Assembly: GCF_001194135.2 (NCBI RefSeq)
Contig: NC_068994.1
Location: forward strand, 1,426,839 to 1,490,838
Direction of reading: 5' to 3'
Length of the DNA: 64,000 bases
Origin: Octopus bimaculoides
Taxonomy: Eukaryota
Of this stretch, positions 10,233 to 22,985 are shown piece by piece (position 1 is the first letter of the stretch; each line of letters begins with the position of its first letter). Both the position numbers and the translations under genes were made by a program. The notes beneath the pieces are model-generated. The model ran no database searches. It saw only the letters and a list, made by a program, of their open reading frames with translations, and was not told where the DNA came from.

Positions 10233-12776
10233 TACAGTTGAGCGAGAAGGAGTAAACATAATGTCGATAAGTACTCTTCCTTTTTTTACTAGTTTTATTC
10301 AATAAGTTTATAATGTACGCAGTGGATTTTACTAAATAATCTTATCAAACACAATTAACTTACGTTTGACATAAAAAAATGGTAATTTCTACTTGTATAG
10401 ATAGGGGTAAATCTTACACTAAATTATTAATTCCCATAATGTTTATTTAGATATGTTGTAGGATTTGATGTGGTTATAATTTAGTCATTGATGATTTCCT
10501 TAGGTTTAGCATTTTCTATATATATATCAGAATTGTAATTTAGGTGTTTAATTTTAAAAAAATATATTCGTAATTTATATATTTTTATTCTTATTTTTAT
10601 TTTTTATTTAATATGACTTTTAATATGTATTTTTAACTTTGACCCATAAATAATAATAAGATAAATAGCCTGAGGATGCACTGGTGGATTAGGTGTAGCC
10701 TTGATATACACCCCACTAGTGCAGAAACACGTGTAGCATTGATTAGAAATACATTCTTTCCCCACAGACCAATAACAGGTAAGTTATATATTTTTTCAAC
10801 TAATTTTATTGTATTTCATAGTAGGTTATTTTTAATTGCTTATATTATTTTATTGGATGTAACTTTCTATGTGTATTCCATACAATAAGGTTATCCTAAA
10901 ACAGGAGTTGCGGTTCTCTTGGCAAAATCCCAAATTTGTAATATATATATATATATATAAAACGGTTGAAATTTAATTGCAATGGCATGTTATAAGATGT
11001 GAAAGATGAGCAATGCATGAAGTTTTAAGGAAATATTTTTTTTTACCCATTACACTATACAATACCTTGCCTCAACGGGCAGGTGATAAAATCTTAAACC
11101 ATGCAAAGTAAAAAAGTTAATTTCAGCCTGTGTGTTCATATTGTAATAGTAAACCATAGAGAGAAATGGTAATGTGCAGAGAAGACAAAGTGAGTGAGTG
11201 TGGGAAGTTGGGTCTCATAGCTGCTGACAGTAGATTTCATTTCTCATGCTGACCATTGCCTTTAGTAGCTGCCTTGGTTTGGATCATGATTCTAGCATTC
11301 TGCTTCCTAACTGATGGTAGCTGTCTCTGACTCTAGCTTGTCATTAACTGATTGAGATTGAGTTGTCATGAGCCGACTAATTCAGTTGTCACCAAGTCAC
11401 TAAATTATTTCTTTATTTGTCAATGAATGACACACAGAGAGGGGACAAGACAATACAAAACATTTAGGTTTGGAGTTTATGACTTAATGGAAATTGGAAA
11501 AATGAAATCAAGAGATATAATGAAATCGTATAAAAATTTCTGTGATTATATTTTTGGGTTCAGTGTTCAACCTGCCGGTTTCTTTTTTTCTCCTTTTTCT
11601 GCTTATTACTTTTCCTTTCTGATTAGACCGGCTACAACAGCGCCGCCCCATTCACTTTCAACTTCCTTACAACATTTGTCCATCTTTTCACAAACGTACT
11701 TCGAGGCAGGCACCCCTTCTCCAGGCTAATCTTTTTAGATAGGTGGTAGGTAAAAAGACCAACCAATCCACGTCCAGATATCAAGTTGCCTGCCTCAATT
11801 CCTCTTCCACACTAACTGTCTTTTGCTTGCAGGCTCTTGCTTTTATAACTACCCAGAAGGAGAGACATATTGCTGAGAACAATAGATTTCGTTGGTGCTA
11901 CTTGTTATCTTAATTCTAGTTTTTGGTGGCTTATAAGGGGTTAGAAGGGTCAAGTGGCGAAGATATTATTTTGCTTAGCGAAGGCATCCAGCAAATGTAA
12001 ACTGCTGTCACAGAAAAACTATTGTTTTACTGTGAGAAAAGTGCTGTTCAAGTATTAATTTAAATTTGGCTATCTAGGATCAAATCTACAGCATGCCTGC
12101 AAGATCCACTACATATATATGTATATTTCTATAGATGTGTATGTATATATATATATATATNNNNNNNNNNNNNNNNNNNNNNNNNNNNNNNNNNNNNNNN
12201 NNNNNNNNNNNNNNNNNNNNNNNNNNNNNNNNNNNNNNNNNNNNNNNNNNNNNNNNNNNNNNNNNNNNNNNNNNNNNNNNNNNNNNNNNNNNNNNNNNNN
12301 NNNNNNNNNNNNNNNNNNNNNNNNNNNNNNNNNNNNNNNNNNNNNNNNNNNNNNNNNNNNNNNNNNNNNNNNNNNNNNNNNNNNNNNNNNNNNNNNNNNN
12401 NNNNNNNNNNNNNNNNNNNNNNNNNNNNNNNNNNNNNNNNNNNNNNNNNNNNNNNNNNNNNNNNNNNNNNNNNNNNNNNNNNNNNNNNNNNNNNNNNNNN
12501 NNNNNNNNNNNNNNNNNNNNNNNNNNNNNNNNNNNNNNNNNNNNNNNNNNNNNNNNNNNNNNNNNNNNNNNNNNNNNNNNNNNNNNNNNNNNNNNNNNNN
12601 NNNNNNNNNNNNNNNNNNNNNNNNNNNNNNNNNNNNNNNNNNNNNNNNNNNNNNNNNNNNNNNNNNNNNNNNNNNNNNNNNNNNNNNNNNNNNNNNNNNN
12701 NNNNNNNNNNNNNNNNNNNNNNNNNNNNNNNNNNNNNNNNNNNNNNNNNNNNNNNNNNNNNNNNNNNNNNNNNNNN

Positions 12777-12810
<34 letters not shown>

Positions 12811-13699
12811 ATATGAATGAGTGAGTATCATATGTGGAGACAGAGAGAGAGACTGTGTTGTGGTGAAGCGGAAGATATTAAAACAATGGCAATAAGAATG
12901 GAGAAGGAGGAGTTGACAATAAGCCAGGGATGAGGAGAAAGTATTTTATGAGGGAAGATTTATTAGTAAGGGAGAGAGAGAGGAGGGGGTGGTGGTGGTG
13001 GTGGTGGTGGAAAGACATGAAATTGACAGAAGGCCAAGGAAGGGAAACTGTTATGTGATGGTAAGTTGTCTATGAAGAGACATTAAGTAAATGTTGATGG
13101 TGAGCCAAAGTTTGAGAAAAATTTGTGATTGAGAGAAATCTTTTCCGATGGACACTGACTTTACTAAGGGATAGTTAAATATTTCAGGCTTTGCAAACAA
13201 TCAGTTGTCCCTTATTCATTATATTTATTTATTTAGTTTCTTGTAACGCACAAATGGGATACTACTGTGTTTGGGGTTATTGGTCTTTAATAGTTTTTCT
13301 ATTTGAGAGAGTGACAAAGGACCGTTGCTAATTTGGCACAGAACAAATAGCACAGGGGACTCCACTCAAAGAACATTGTTTCCTCTAATTTCCTGCCATT
13401 GTTTACATTCTTCACCAATGTAGCTCACCAGCACACGCAAACACACACACACACACACATGCATGCCTGCACTCACACATATGCATGCACACACATGCAT
13501 GCATGCATGCACACATGCTAGTCTTTTGCATAATTCTCTTCTATTGAAATTCTGCTCACAAGATATTGATTAATTTAAAGGTAAGATATAAAGACACTAG
13601 TCCAAGGTACCACCGATGGCCCTAGGTACCCTTTATTTGCCCCGAGGTACCATCCATTCAGTGGGGTGAATCTGGAGGTTTATTGTTGTGAGATGAATT

Positions 13700-13990
13700 T
13701 GTTAACAACTTTTTATGTGTCACTGGCACCGGAGCCAGTCAGGCTGACCTGGCATCAACCATGTTCGGATGATGCTTTTTATGTGCCACCAACATGGGAG
13801 CCAGTCATGGGGCACTGGCCACAGCTACAATATTGGTTTTACTTGACTCAACATGTCCTCTCAAGCATATCATATTGCCCAATGCATCAGGGGTACTCTT
13901 AACTGGGCCAGACATGCATGGCTGTGATCTCACTTTAGTTGCCGGGTCTTCTCAATCACAGCATATCTCCAAAGGTCTCAGTCTCACTAA
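13700..13990 (-). mobile_element. RTE-clade LINE fragment (ORF2 C-terminus + part of 3'UTR)
   Basis: The minus strand translates D*DLWRYAVIEKTRQLK* and is followed by the GGCAC...GCCAGTC repeat units also seen at 33400-33620. Confidence 0.75.
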
Positions 13991-14589
13991 TAACAAATAA
14001 ACAGATTAAATGAACTGACCTCTTTAAAAATTTGATTCTGGGTATTGTTGATGGTTCCTGAGGATATTGTATATGATTCCATAACTTGGTAGATGTAGAG
14101 TCTAGTTTGGTGTAAGGGGTAAAGTGTTCCTTTGAGTAGTAGAACAGGATGTAGTATATAGACGGAGGCAGCAGATCATGGTAAATATTCCGTGGTGGCA
14201 GTTAGTGGGTGTCTCCTATGGAATGGGTAAAGAAACAAAGACAGAATAAAAATCTTTGCTAAGATTATCTTTCTCTATTGGCCTCAAGGGCTGCCTAAAT
14301 ATCTGGCAGAACAAAAGAGAAAGGACAGCAGAAACTGGAAATGCGTAAACAATAAAACAATAACAATTTACATAAAAGCATATTTGCAAAATCTTCACTG
14401 GGGATGGGTGGGGGGGACATCACCCAGGAGCAACTAAGGAGCCTCATAGATTCTGAGCCACCCTACTCACTGGGAGCACCATGGTGTATTGATCTCTATA
14501 TTGATAGATTATTTGATTTAGTAGAGCCAGGCACTGGGGTCAATCATCTATGCCCTTCCTCTCATCCCCAAGAGGGAGGTCTTGTGTCA

Positions 14590-14776
14590 ATGGGAGAAAT
14601 GTATGTAACTTTAATGTCTAACACAGACACAAACAGGGTTAGAATACTTATTACTTTATAAGCCCCAGAAGAATGAAATGTAAAGTTGAGCTCAGTAGAA
14701 TGTGAACTCAGAATGTAACAGTGAGTATGTAAATACTAAAAGGGTATTTTCTCCTGCATCCGACCAATTCTGCCAT
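14590..14776 (-). mobile_element. SINE family A, highly diverged
   Basis: GAATGTGAACTCAGAATGTAA and AATTCTGCCA are reverse complements of family A head motifs. Confidence 0.5.
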
Positions 14777-15060
14777 GTTTACTTCCATTTTGGCAAACAC
14801 TTATTGGACATTTTTTCATGGAAACAGAAGGAAAAGAAAATATTAAGCTTATCAGATATAAGATGTCCAAATAAGTACTTGCTATATGTCATCATTCTAA
14901 TTTTAAAATATAGAGGTCACATGACCTGTCACATGTGTTGCACTTCTTTGAATATTTGTCATCTTGTGATAAAGGCAATGGAGTTCAGCAACATTTATCT
15001 ATCGCTATATGTATGTGTACACACACACACACACACACACACATGCACACATAATTATAC

Positions 15061-15475
15061 GCAAGGAGTAGACCAAAAAAGACGTGGGGAGAAGTGCTGA
15101 GAAAGGGTCTTCTGCCACTGGATTTCATTGAGGAAATGACAAGGGACCAGGAGATGTGGCGATTTGTTGTACTTGATAAGACACATCAAGCTAAGTAAAG
15201 TAGCTCTTCTTGCACACATACAGGCTTGTCCTTTGCAGGTGCTGGTTTCACTTAAAAAGTACCCATGCTAGTGCTACATAAACGCCCCCATGTCAGTGAC
15301 ATGTAAATAGCACCCAGCATAATCTGTTAAGTGGTTGGCATAAGGAAGGGCATTCATCCGTAAAGACCATGCTACAACAGACAGTTGGAGTCTAGACACC
15401 ACCCTCCTTGTCAACCCATCAACCGATGCCAGCATGAAGAGTGGACATTAAACAACAACAATGATGATGTGTGTG
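15061..15475 (+). mobile_element. 5'-truncated RTE-clade LINE (ORF2 C-terminus + 3'UTR + microsatellite tail)
   Basis: Translates RSRPKKTWGEVLRKGLLPLDFIEEMTRDQEMWRFVVLDKTHQAK* (the RPxKTW...W C-terminal motif typical of RTE ORF2). Then GGTTGGCATAAGGAAGGGCAT...CCAGCATG...CATTAAACAACAACAATGATGAT. Confidence 0.85.
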
Positions 15476-15769
15476 TGTGTGTGAGTATGTATGTATGTAG
15501 ATACACACATCTGTGCGCACGCACACACACACACACGCACATGTATGGTTCATGTAAATGCTGTTGTAACTAAATGGTGAATGCAAAATTGCTCACTGAA
15601 CTGAAATTTATTGGAGAAAGTAAACATGGATGCAATAATTAGTAAACCTCAAAGAAAAATTGGAGGTAATTTCATAGAATCACACGAAACTTTAGTTCCT
15701 TGAGTCACTTGTATAAATTGTAAATAGAAAATGAGGAAATAAATGTATGCTCCATTACGTTATGTATTA

Positions 15770-16000
15770 AGATAGATAGATAGATTGATAGATAACTATA
15801 GATAGATAAATATATAGATAGATGAATACACAGACAGGCAGATAGATATGTACAGATATATATGTACGTATGTATAGATAGATAGATAGAAAGATATAGA
15901 TAGGTAGATGGATTATTATATAGATAGGTAGAGAGATAGCTAGCTAGATGGATAGATTATTAGATAGATACATAGGTAGGTAGGTAGAGAGATAGAAAGA
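15770..16000. repeat. (GATA/TAGA)n tetranucleotide microsatellite block
   Basis: Direct reading. Confidence 0.95.
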
Positions 16001-16442
16001 TTTCAAAAGAGAGAAAGAAGTTGGGAGTGAGTATGGTGGTGAAAGAGAGAGATAGAGAAAAGAACTGTGAACAATCTTTTAGCAAGATAAGTCATAGACT
16101 CCAAGCTTCACCTATTCATTTAAAGATGGCACTAGTGTTGTGTTATAGAAATATGTGGCTGGATAGAAGAGAAGGCAGGAGGGAGACAGGGAGACATTTG
16201 TACACACCTACTCTACTGCACAAATTAATCTTGAACACCTTTCTGGCCCTCCGGTAGAAGAGAGAGGAAAAAATAAAAAAATAAATACTTTTCATTTACT
16301 TTGGCATGTATTTAAATGACTGCTTCTGTGTCTACGTGTGTAGTTGTGTGTATGTGTATCTGTCTCTGTGTATATATGTACATATATACCTTCAGCCATA
16401 TTTACATACTTAGATCTAAATAGAAACATTTATGCACATATG

Positions 16443-16496
<54 letters not shown>

Positions 16497-16564
16497 TACA
16501 CAAACATATATATATATGCATATATATTTGAATGTATATGTATATGTATATATGTAAATGTATG

Positions 16565-16636
<72 letters not shown>

Positions 16637-17208
16637 ATGTATTTGTATATATTTATACATATATGCAAATGTAGATATATGTAGATTTCCAAATTGCTGT
16701 ATGTTTGATTATGTGACTGCTTATTTACATTCGTAAACATCTGTATTTGGCTATATAAAAACATGTACACGCACAAGCACACGCACCCACAAACACACAC
16801 ACAAGCACACAAGCACATACACCCACACACTCACATATCCATGCACACACAGACTTATCTCTGCACCAACACTAATCTTCTCTTACATACATGCATTCGT
16901 ATATGCACACGCATGCAATTAAACAGCTAAACCATTAAAAGCAGCTGTTTGTATAAGTAAGGGTGGAGATTGGGGGGTGGGGGAGAAGGAGATGGAATAA
17001 CAACAACAACAACAACAACAGCAAGAATGCCGACCTCGGCAAGGTTTATCGGAAAGTAAATTAAATAGGAAATTTGCGGAGAAAAAGAATAAAGAATAGT
17101 TTAAACAACAAACCAAATGAAATGAGGCAAAAACTCATTCAATAAACAATTATACAAAGATATACATATATATATGTGTGTGTGTGTGTATATAGGTATA
17201 TATGTGTG

Positions 17209-17239
<31 letters not shown>

Positions 17240-17329
17240 ATGTATATATGTATGTACATATACACACACATACATACACATAATTAAATCACAATGTCTC
17301 CTCCCAGCACCAACAGTGGATGCTATAAC

Positions 17330-17669
17330 TCTTATCATCATCATCACCACCACCATCATTATCATCATCCTCATCGTAATCATTACTTCTCTCTCGAAAA
17401 CCAACACCCTGGTACTAAAACTCTACTATATCTCATCCTCCTCAACTACTACTACTACTACTATCGCCATTTTTATTGCTATACTACAACCAACACTATA
17501 CACAATACCACCATTTTCACCACCATACTATCATCATCACCACCACCCCGCTGTACTATCTCCCATACACTATGCTAGTGAATCAATAAAGGTACAGTAG
17601 AGACACTAATTAATTTTGGTGTAGAAATGTCCCTGGAGCACTTTGACACTACTACTGCTGCTGCTGCTG

Positions 17670-17703
<34 letters not shown>

Positions 17704-17830
17704 CACTACTACTATCACCACTTCCACTACCCCTACTGTTGCTGTTGTTACTGTTGTGGTTGGGGATATAGTGGTAATTGTTAGTGATGGTGAAGTTATT
17801 GGTGGTGGTGGTAGTGGTGGTGGCAGGGGG
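17330..17830. repeat. compound trinucleotide low-complexity block (CAT/CAC/ACT/GCT/GGT)n
   Basis: Direct reading; this block is the source of the spurious His/Thr/Val-rich ORFs. Confidence 0.9.
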
Positions 17831-18783
17831 GTGATAGTGGAGGCAATAGTGTGGCAGTTGTGGTAGAAAGGGAGGGTATTGTGGGGGTAGGCAGGTAAAG
17901 GGGGGGTAGTAGCAGGTGGAATTGGTAGTGGGTAGAGGTGGTAGGTGGAAGAGGTGGTGATGGTGAGTGGAGGTAGAATTAAGAAGCAAAGGTGGGTAAA
18001 TGGGGTAGAAGTGGAAGGGGAGGGGGAAGTGGTGGTAGTAAATATCAGAGAAGAAATAACCACATCTCCTCCTGCCCCCGTGTCTATTTCCACTTTCCCT
18101 CAACTCCCCCTTTACATCTTACACTCTCTCATCCTCATCTTTCCCTCTACCCACTTACACCCTCTTTTCCTCTCTCACTCACTTTACCCTTTTATTACCT
18201 CAAGTTTTACCCACCCCCTCTTCTCTCCCTCTATCAACCCACTCTTTCTTACCTTTGCTCTCTCTCTCTGTCATCCTCTCTCTCTCCCTTCTACCATCTC
18301 CGCACTCCCCCCGCCACCATTTTAACTTCCTCATCACTCCATTGTTATCAACCTGAGTTGTTTTTATTACTTTTGTTGTAATCATCACCTCCCCCCGTCC
18401 CCCCTCCTCCTCCTCCTACCACTCAGCTCAAGAGACCTTTAGGCTGTGACATTAATTGGATCTATTCTCTTTGCTATATACACACCTTAACAACTCACTC
18501 TGCAGACACACACATACATTAATATGCACATACATACACACACACACATACACACACATTTATATATATATATATATATATGTGTGTGTACATATATACG
18601 TACATACTAGCATGTATACACATGTAAAGTATATACACACACACATGGACACACACTATTAGGTGTAAGAAAACGCACTTCATATGTAGAGGTACTTACA
18701 CACAAAACAGGCAAACACATTTGTAAATATATATATGTAAATGTATACATACATCCACATATATGTACATAAACATGTATCTT

Positions 18784-18863
<80 letters not shown>

Positions 18864-19442
18864 TACACACACACATTTCATTTATATATATGGGTATAAA
18901 CCATACATTAATCATATATATATATATATGTGTGCATTTACACATACCCAAGACATGGAAAACATGCCTCCTCATACATATCTATGTATATATTCATTAA
19001 TTCTCATTTTGCAAACAGTTACATATAGGTCTGCTTGTGCCAACGTGTGTGTGTGTGTGTTCTTTCGGGTGATCCAGTAGCCTCTTACCATTATGTTTCA
19101 CTACTATGTAGCCGTCTCCTCAGACAGAGGGAAAAAAAATCATGATAAATGGAAGAACCACCTACTATGATAGTGGATCGACCAAAGTATACATGGCAGT
19201 TGAATGGTTGTATGGTGAGTAAGTGTGTGTTGGGGGGAGGGCTTCTGATTCCCCATGGTACTTACATGGACACCTATAAGTGCACACAAACACATAGACA
19301 AGTCTTCAACTCAGAGTCAGCAGAAAAGTTCAGTTAGCTGAAAGATTGAGAAGCAATGCCCACTATATTTTCAGAGGTAGCAATTACTGGTACCTGTTGA
19401 AAGGGAAGTATTTGGTGACAAGTTACCAACTTCTAGGATATT

Positions 19443-19533
19443 ATTTTCTACTCCAGGCACAAAGCCCGAAATTTTTAGGGAGGGGACCAGTCAATGAGAT
19501 TGACCCCAGTACACAACTGGTACTTAATTTATC
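19443..19533 (-). mobile_element. SINE family A, 3' half
   Basis: TTTTCTACTCCAGGCACAAAGCCCGAAATTT...GACCCCAGTACACAACTGGTACTTAATTTATC. Confidence 0.8.
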
Positions 19534-21015
19534 ATCAATGATGGAGAACCAACAAATTATAAACCCTTTTCACATCTTTGTACCTTTCAATCCATCAAGC
19601 AACCATTAGCTTTCTTTTATCTTGCATCTCAGTGAGTGGGTCTTTCGATTGTCTTTCTATTGTTTTGGGAGAGGAACCAGCTGCACATCACAAAAACTCC
19701 AGAACAACGGCTTCCTTTTTTTTGTTGTTTATAAATATCATATATATATATATATATATATACACGCACACACACACACACACAAACAGGTAAAGCCAGA
19801 TGGTAAGAGAGAAAGAGAGAAAAGTGGAGGATAGTGAAAGGCTGTGTGATATTGGTGAAGTTATATACACCCATTTCTGTAGAGATTCTGTATGTCTTAA
19901 ATCTTATCTCTGGAATTTAGGAATGGGGATCAAAACTGAGCAGCTGGTCCCAGTATGTTGACAGTGTATTTAATGTCTCCATTGAGGATAGAACTTACGA
20001 TAAGTGGTGTCATGGAGATGCGACAACAGGTGTGTTACTAAATCAAAACGCTTGCACACACACACACACACACACAGAGTTCTGTCTGTACCTGTCTAAT
20101 ATATATATTTGCCACCACAGGTTTGTCCCACTGGAGAGATTTAGTATGTGTGAAGAGAAGGTTGGGGGAGAGAGAGAAAGAGAGGCAGAGAGAGATAAGA
20201 GGAGGAAGTGGAAAAAGAAGCTGATGATGATGATGATATTGATGGTGGTGGTGGTGGCAATAATGATGGAAGAGCCTCTGGGAATCCCAAAACCAAATTA
20301 CAAAGACACAAAATGAGGAATGATGGAGTTAAAGTTGTTTTAAGAATGAAAATATATCATTGTCTTAAGAGACAATGATATATTGGACGACTGTTACAGC
20401 TATAACAATGGTGGTGGTGGTGGTGGGTTGTGATGAGGATGAATGTGATGATGTTGATGATGCTGATAGTGGTATTGATGATGATGATGAGAATGATGAA
20501 GATGATGATAAACTTACATTACTTTACAGATGTAGAAAAAAATACCTAATCGTCATCTGTCTCAAAACACATCACTGCACGAATCTTCGAAAAGAATAAA
20601 AAACAAAACCATTAAACAACAGAATGTTTCTTAATCCTTGCAAGAAAATATTTCCCATCAACCTAAAAAAAAAAACACCAGATATTTTTCAACAAAAAGC
20701 TAAGATGACTAAAAAAAACCCACTCTGGTAAGTTCTAGCTGGCAACCCAACGTTGATAACATCGTCAAAAAACTACAATAGAATTAGTGGCACTGCTGTT
20801 GCCAAAAAATTGACTTGGATCTCTTGAAAGGAAAATGTTTAGAAAAAATAATTCTACATTGAACCAACTTCACCAATCAAATATTTAAGAAAATAGAAAG
20901 AAATAAAATTAACGAGGGAGATTATAAATAATGGCATTGATCTTGATTTTATTTTTTCTAATGCAGCAGACACACTTCTCTGAACCAGATTCCTACCATT
21001 CTTAAAACAGAGTCT

Positions 21016-21417
21016 TATAAAGCCATAAAGGTCAAGAGGTATGAGAGGCGAACCTATACTTATTTAGCCACATGTCATCCATAGCGTTAGGGCCATTTCA
21101 CATCCCTTTTTCATGTAGTAATAATTTCAGTGTGGAAAAAATTATGCTTACAAGTTTGCATTAATATGCATGTTCACCATTATACAATACAATTGTATCT
21201 TTGCAAAGCCAATGCAAATAAAAAGAAGTAGGTTCATTAGATTAGCAGAACATCATGGTTACATCAATAATTAATGCAAACATGTATGTGTAATTTCTTC
21301 CTTAGTGAAATTAGTACTACATAACGAAGGTTGTGAAATGGCTGTGACTGAACCAATGTCAAGTGCTTAAATAAATATGTATTCACCTTTCATACCTCTT
21401 GACTCGTATGGTTTATA
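21016..21417. mobile_element. old foldback/MITE-like element with ~150-bp inverted arms
   Basis: 21016-21165 aligns to the reverse complement of 21270-21417 (shared GTCAAGAGGTATGA, GCCATTTCACA, ATGTAGTA, GTTTGCATTAAT). Confidence 0.75.
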
Positions 21418-21606
21418 TACTTTAAAGAGGTAGTGTGTTAAAAATGAGCAGAGTGTACTTCAAAGTCAAACAAAACAAACCACCCTGGAAGTAAATGAGA
21501 ATAAGAGCTATTGATGTTTTGTAATTATTTCTATTCAGCAGTGCCATATGCTCAATTGACCATTGATTCACTCTGTGTTTCATTGAAAGACACCTTCTCT
21601 GGGCAA

Positions 21607-21806
21607 AATATTCTTTTCTACTCTAGGCACAAAGCTCGAAATTTGCGGGAGGGGGGGGGCAGTCGATTAGTACTTCATTTATCAACTCATAAATGATGAA
21701 AGGCAAAGTTGACCTCGGTGGAATTTGAACTCAGAACCTAAAGAGAGACGAAAGACTGCTAAGCATTTCGCCCAGTGTGCTAACATTTCTTCCAGCTCAC
21801 CACCTT
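21607..21806 (-). mobile_element. SINE family A with small internal deletion
   Basis: TTCTTTTCTACTCTAGGCACAA...GACCTCGGTGGAATTTGAACTCAGAAC...CCAGCTCACCACCTT. Confidence 0.85.
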
Positions 21807-22129
21807 CCCTACATGTATCTCACAACACACATTAAGTACGTGGCATTGATAATTTTTACATTATACAACTGCTTCTAACACAAAACTTGAATTTTGTTTC
21901 ACTTGTGTGACGCTTTTGCACATCAAGAGATTGATTTTATGCTCTCTGTATATGCTTTGGACCAGTGATTTGAATTCATTTCAAGGATGAATCGAGTATG
22001 TGGCACCAATGAGCAGAAACAATTGTGGAATATCAATATCTGTCATTTTCATTCACTTCCAGGGTAAATGATTACATTGCTTGCAAAAAGGGTGAACATT
22101 ACCTTATTAAACAGCTGAAGGTTGATGCC

Positions 22130-22218
22130 AGGAAGAGCATCCAGCCATAGAAAATCTGACACAATGAATTGCATTTGAGCCAAGCCAGCATAGAAAAGTG
22201 GATGTTAAAACGATGATG

Positions 22219-22220
<2 letters not shown>
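22130..22220 (+). mobile_element. RTE-type 3' tail, short truncated copy
   Basis: GGAAGAGCATCCAGCCATAGAAAA...CCAGCATAGAAAAGTGGATGTTAAAACGATGATGAT. Confidence 0.7.
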
Positions 22221-22249
<29 letters not shown>

Positions 22250-22340
22250 TACACACACACACATATATATGCATATATAAACATACACACATGTGTATGT
22301 GTGTGTACGTGTATTCATATGTATATGCATGTGTGTGTGT

Positions 22341-22391
<51 letters not shown>

Positions 22392-22456
22392 ATATNNNNN
22401 NNNNNNNNNNNNNNNNNNNNNNNNNNNNNNNNNNNNNNNNNNNNNNNNNNNNNNNN

Positions 22457-22521
<65 letters not shown>

Positions 22522-22947
22522 ATATGTGTATGTATACACACTGGATGTACTGAATGCAGAAATGAAAAAGGAACCCCTACGTGGTCAATCAACATTTAAG
22601 TATATTAATGTGATACTGTAAGTGACATTCAATATGGAGTGGCCATATTGGATTTGTGGTCGCCATATTGGATTGCATAGCATTGATTTCATTTGACTGA
22701 AGTTGCAGTAATGAAGCACGTTTATATGTCGGTTAAGAATGGTTTGTGTTTGATTCCGTTGTATCAATAGTTGGCCTGACATCTGGGGGAAAAAAAAAGA
22801 AAGAAAGACTCAATGAATTGCCAGGAGAAATATTTCACGTTTTTTTTTTTTACCTTTGTTATGAAACGAAGCTTTATTGCCATTTCCTTGTCAGGTATAG
22901 AACGAACAGAATCATGACAATGCAAGTTATTACTTTATTATATACAT

Positions 22948-22985
<38 letters not shown>

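Noticed and set aside
10676-10778. Weak THAP-domain resemblance (W-I-R...P-T-S...R-V)
   Set aside because: The diagnostic C2CH ligands and the HF motif are missing.
10300-10900. Possible mitochondrial insertion (NUMT) because of extreme AT content
   Set aside because: I could not recognise any mitochondrial gene, tRNA or rRNA motif.
14404-14661. 85-aa protein-like ORF (MGGGDITQEQLRSLID...)
   Set aside because: It has no recognisable family, its 3' part overlaps a decayed SINE, and it has no clear splice context.
17294-18381. His/Thr/Ser/Val/Pro-rich ORFs on both strands
   Set aside because: They come from trinucleotide and purine/pyrimidine low-complexity tracts, with no domain-like sequence or splice support.
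22643-22671. CArG (SRF) boxes
   Set aside because: CCATATTGG has only five A/T bases, so it is not CC(A/T)6GG.
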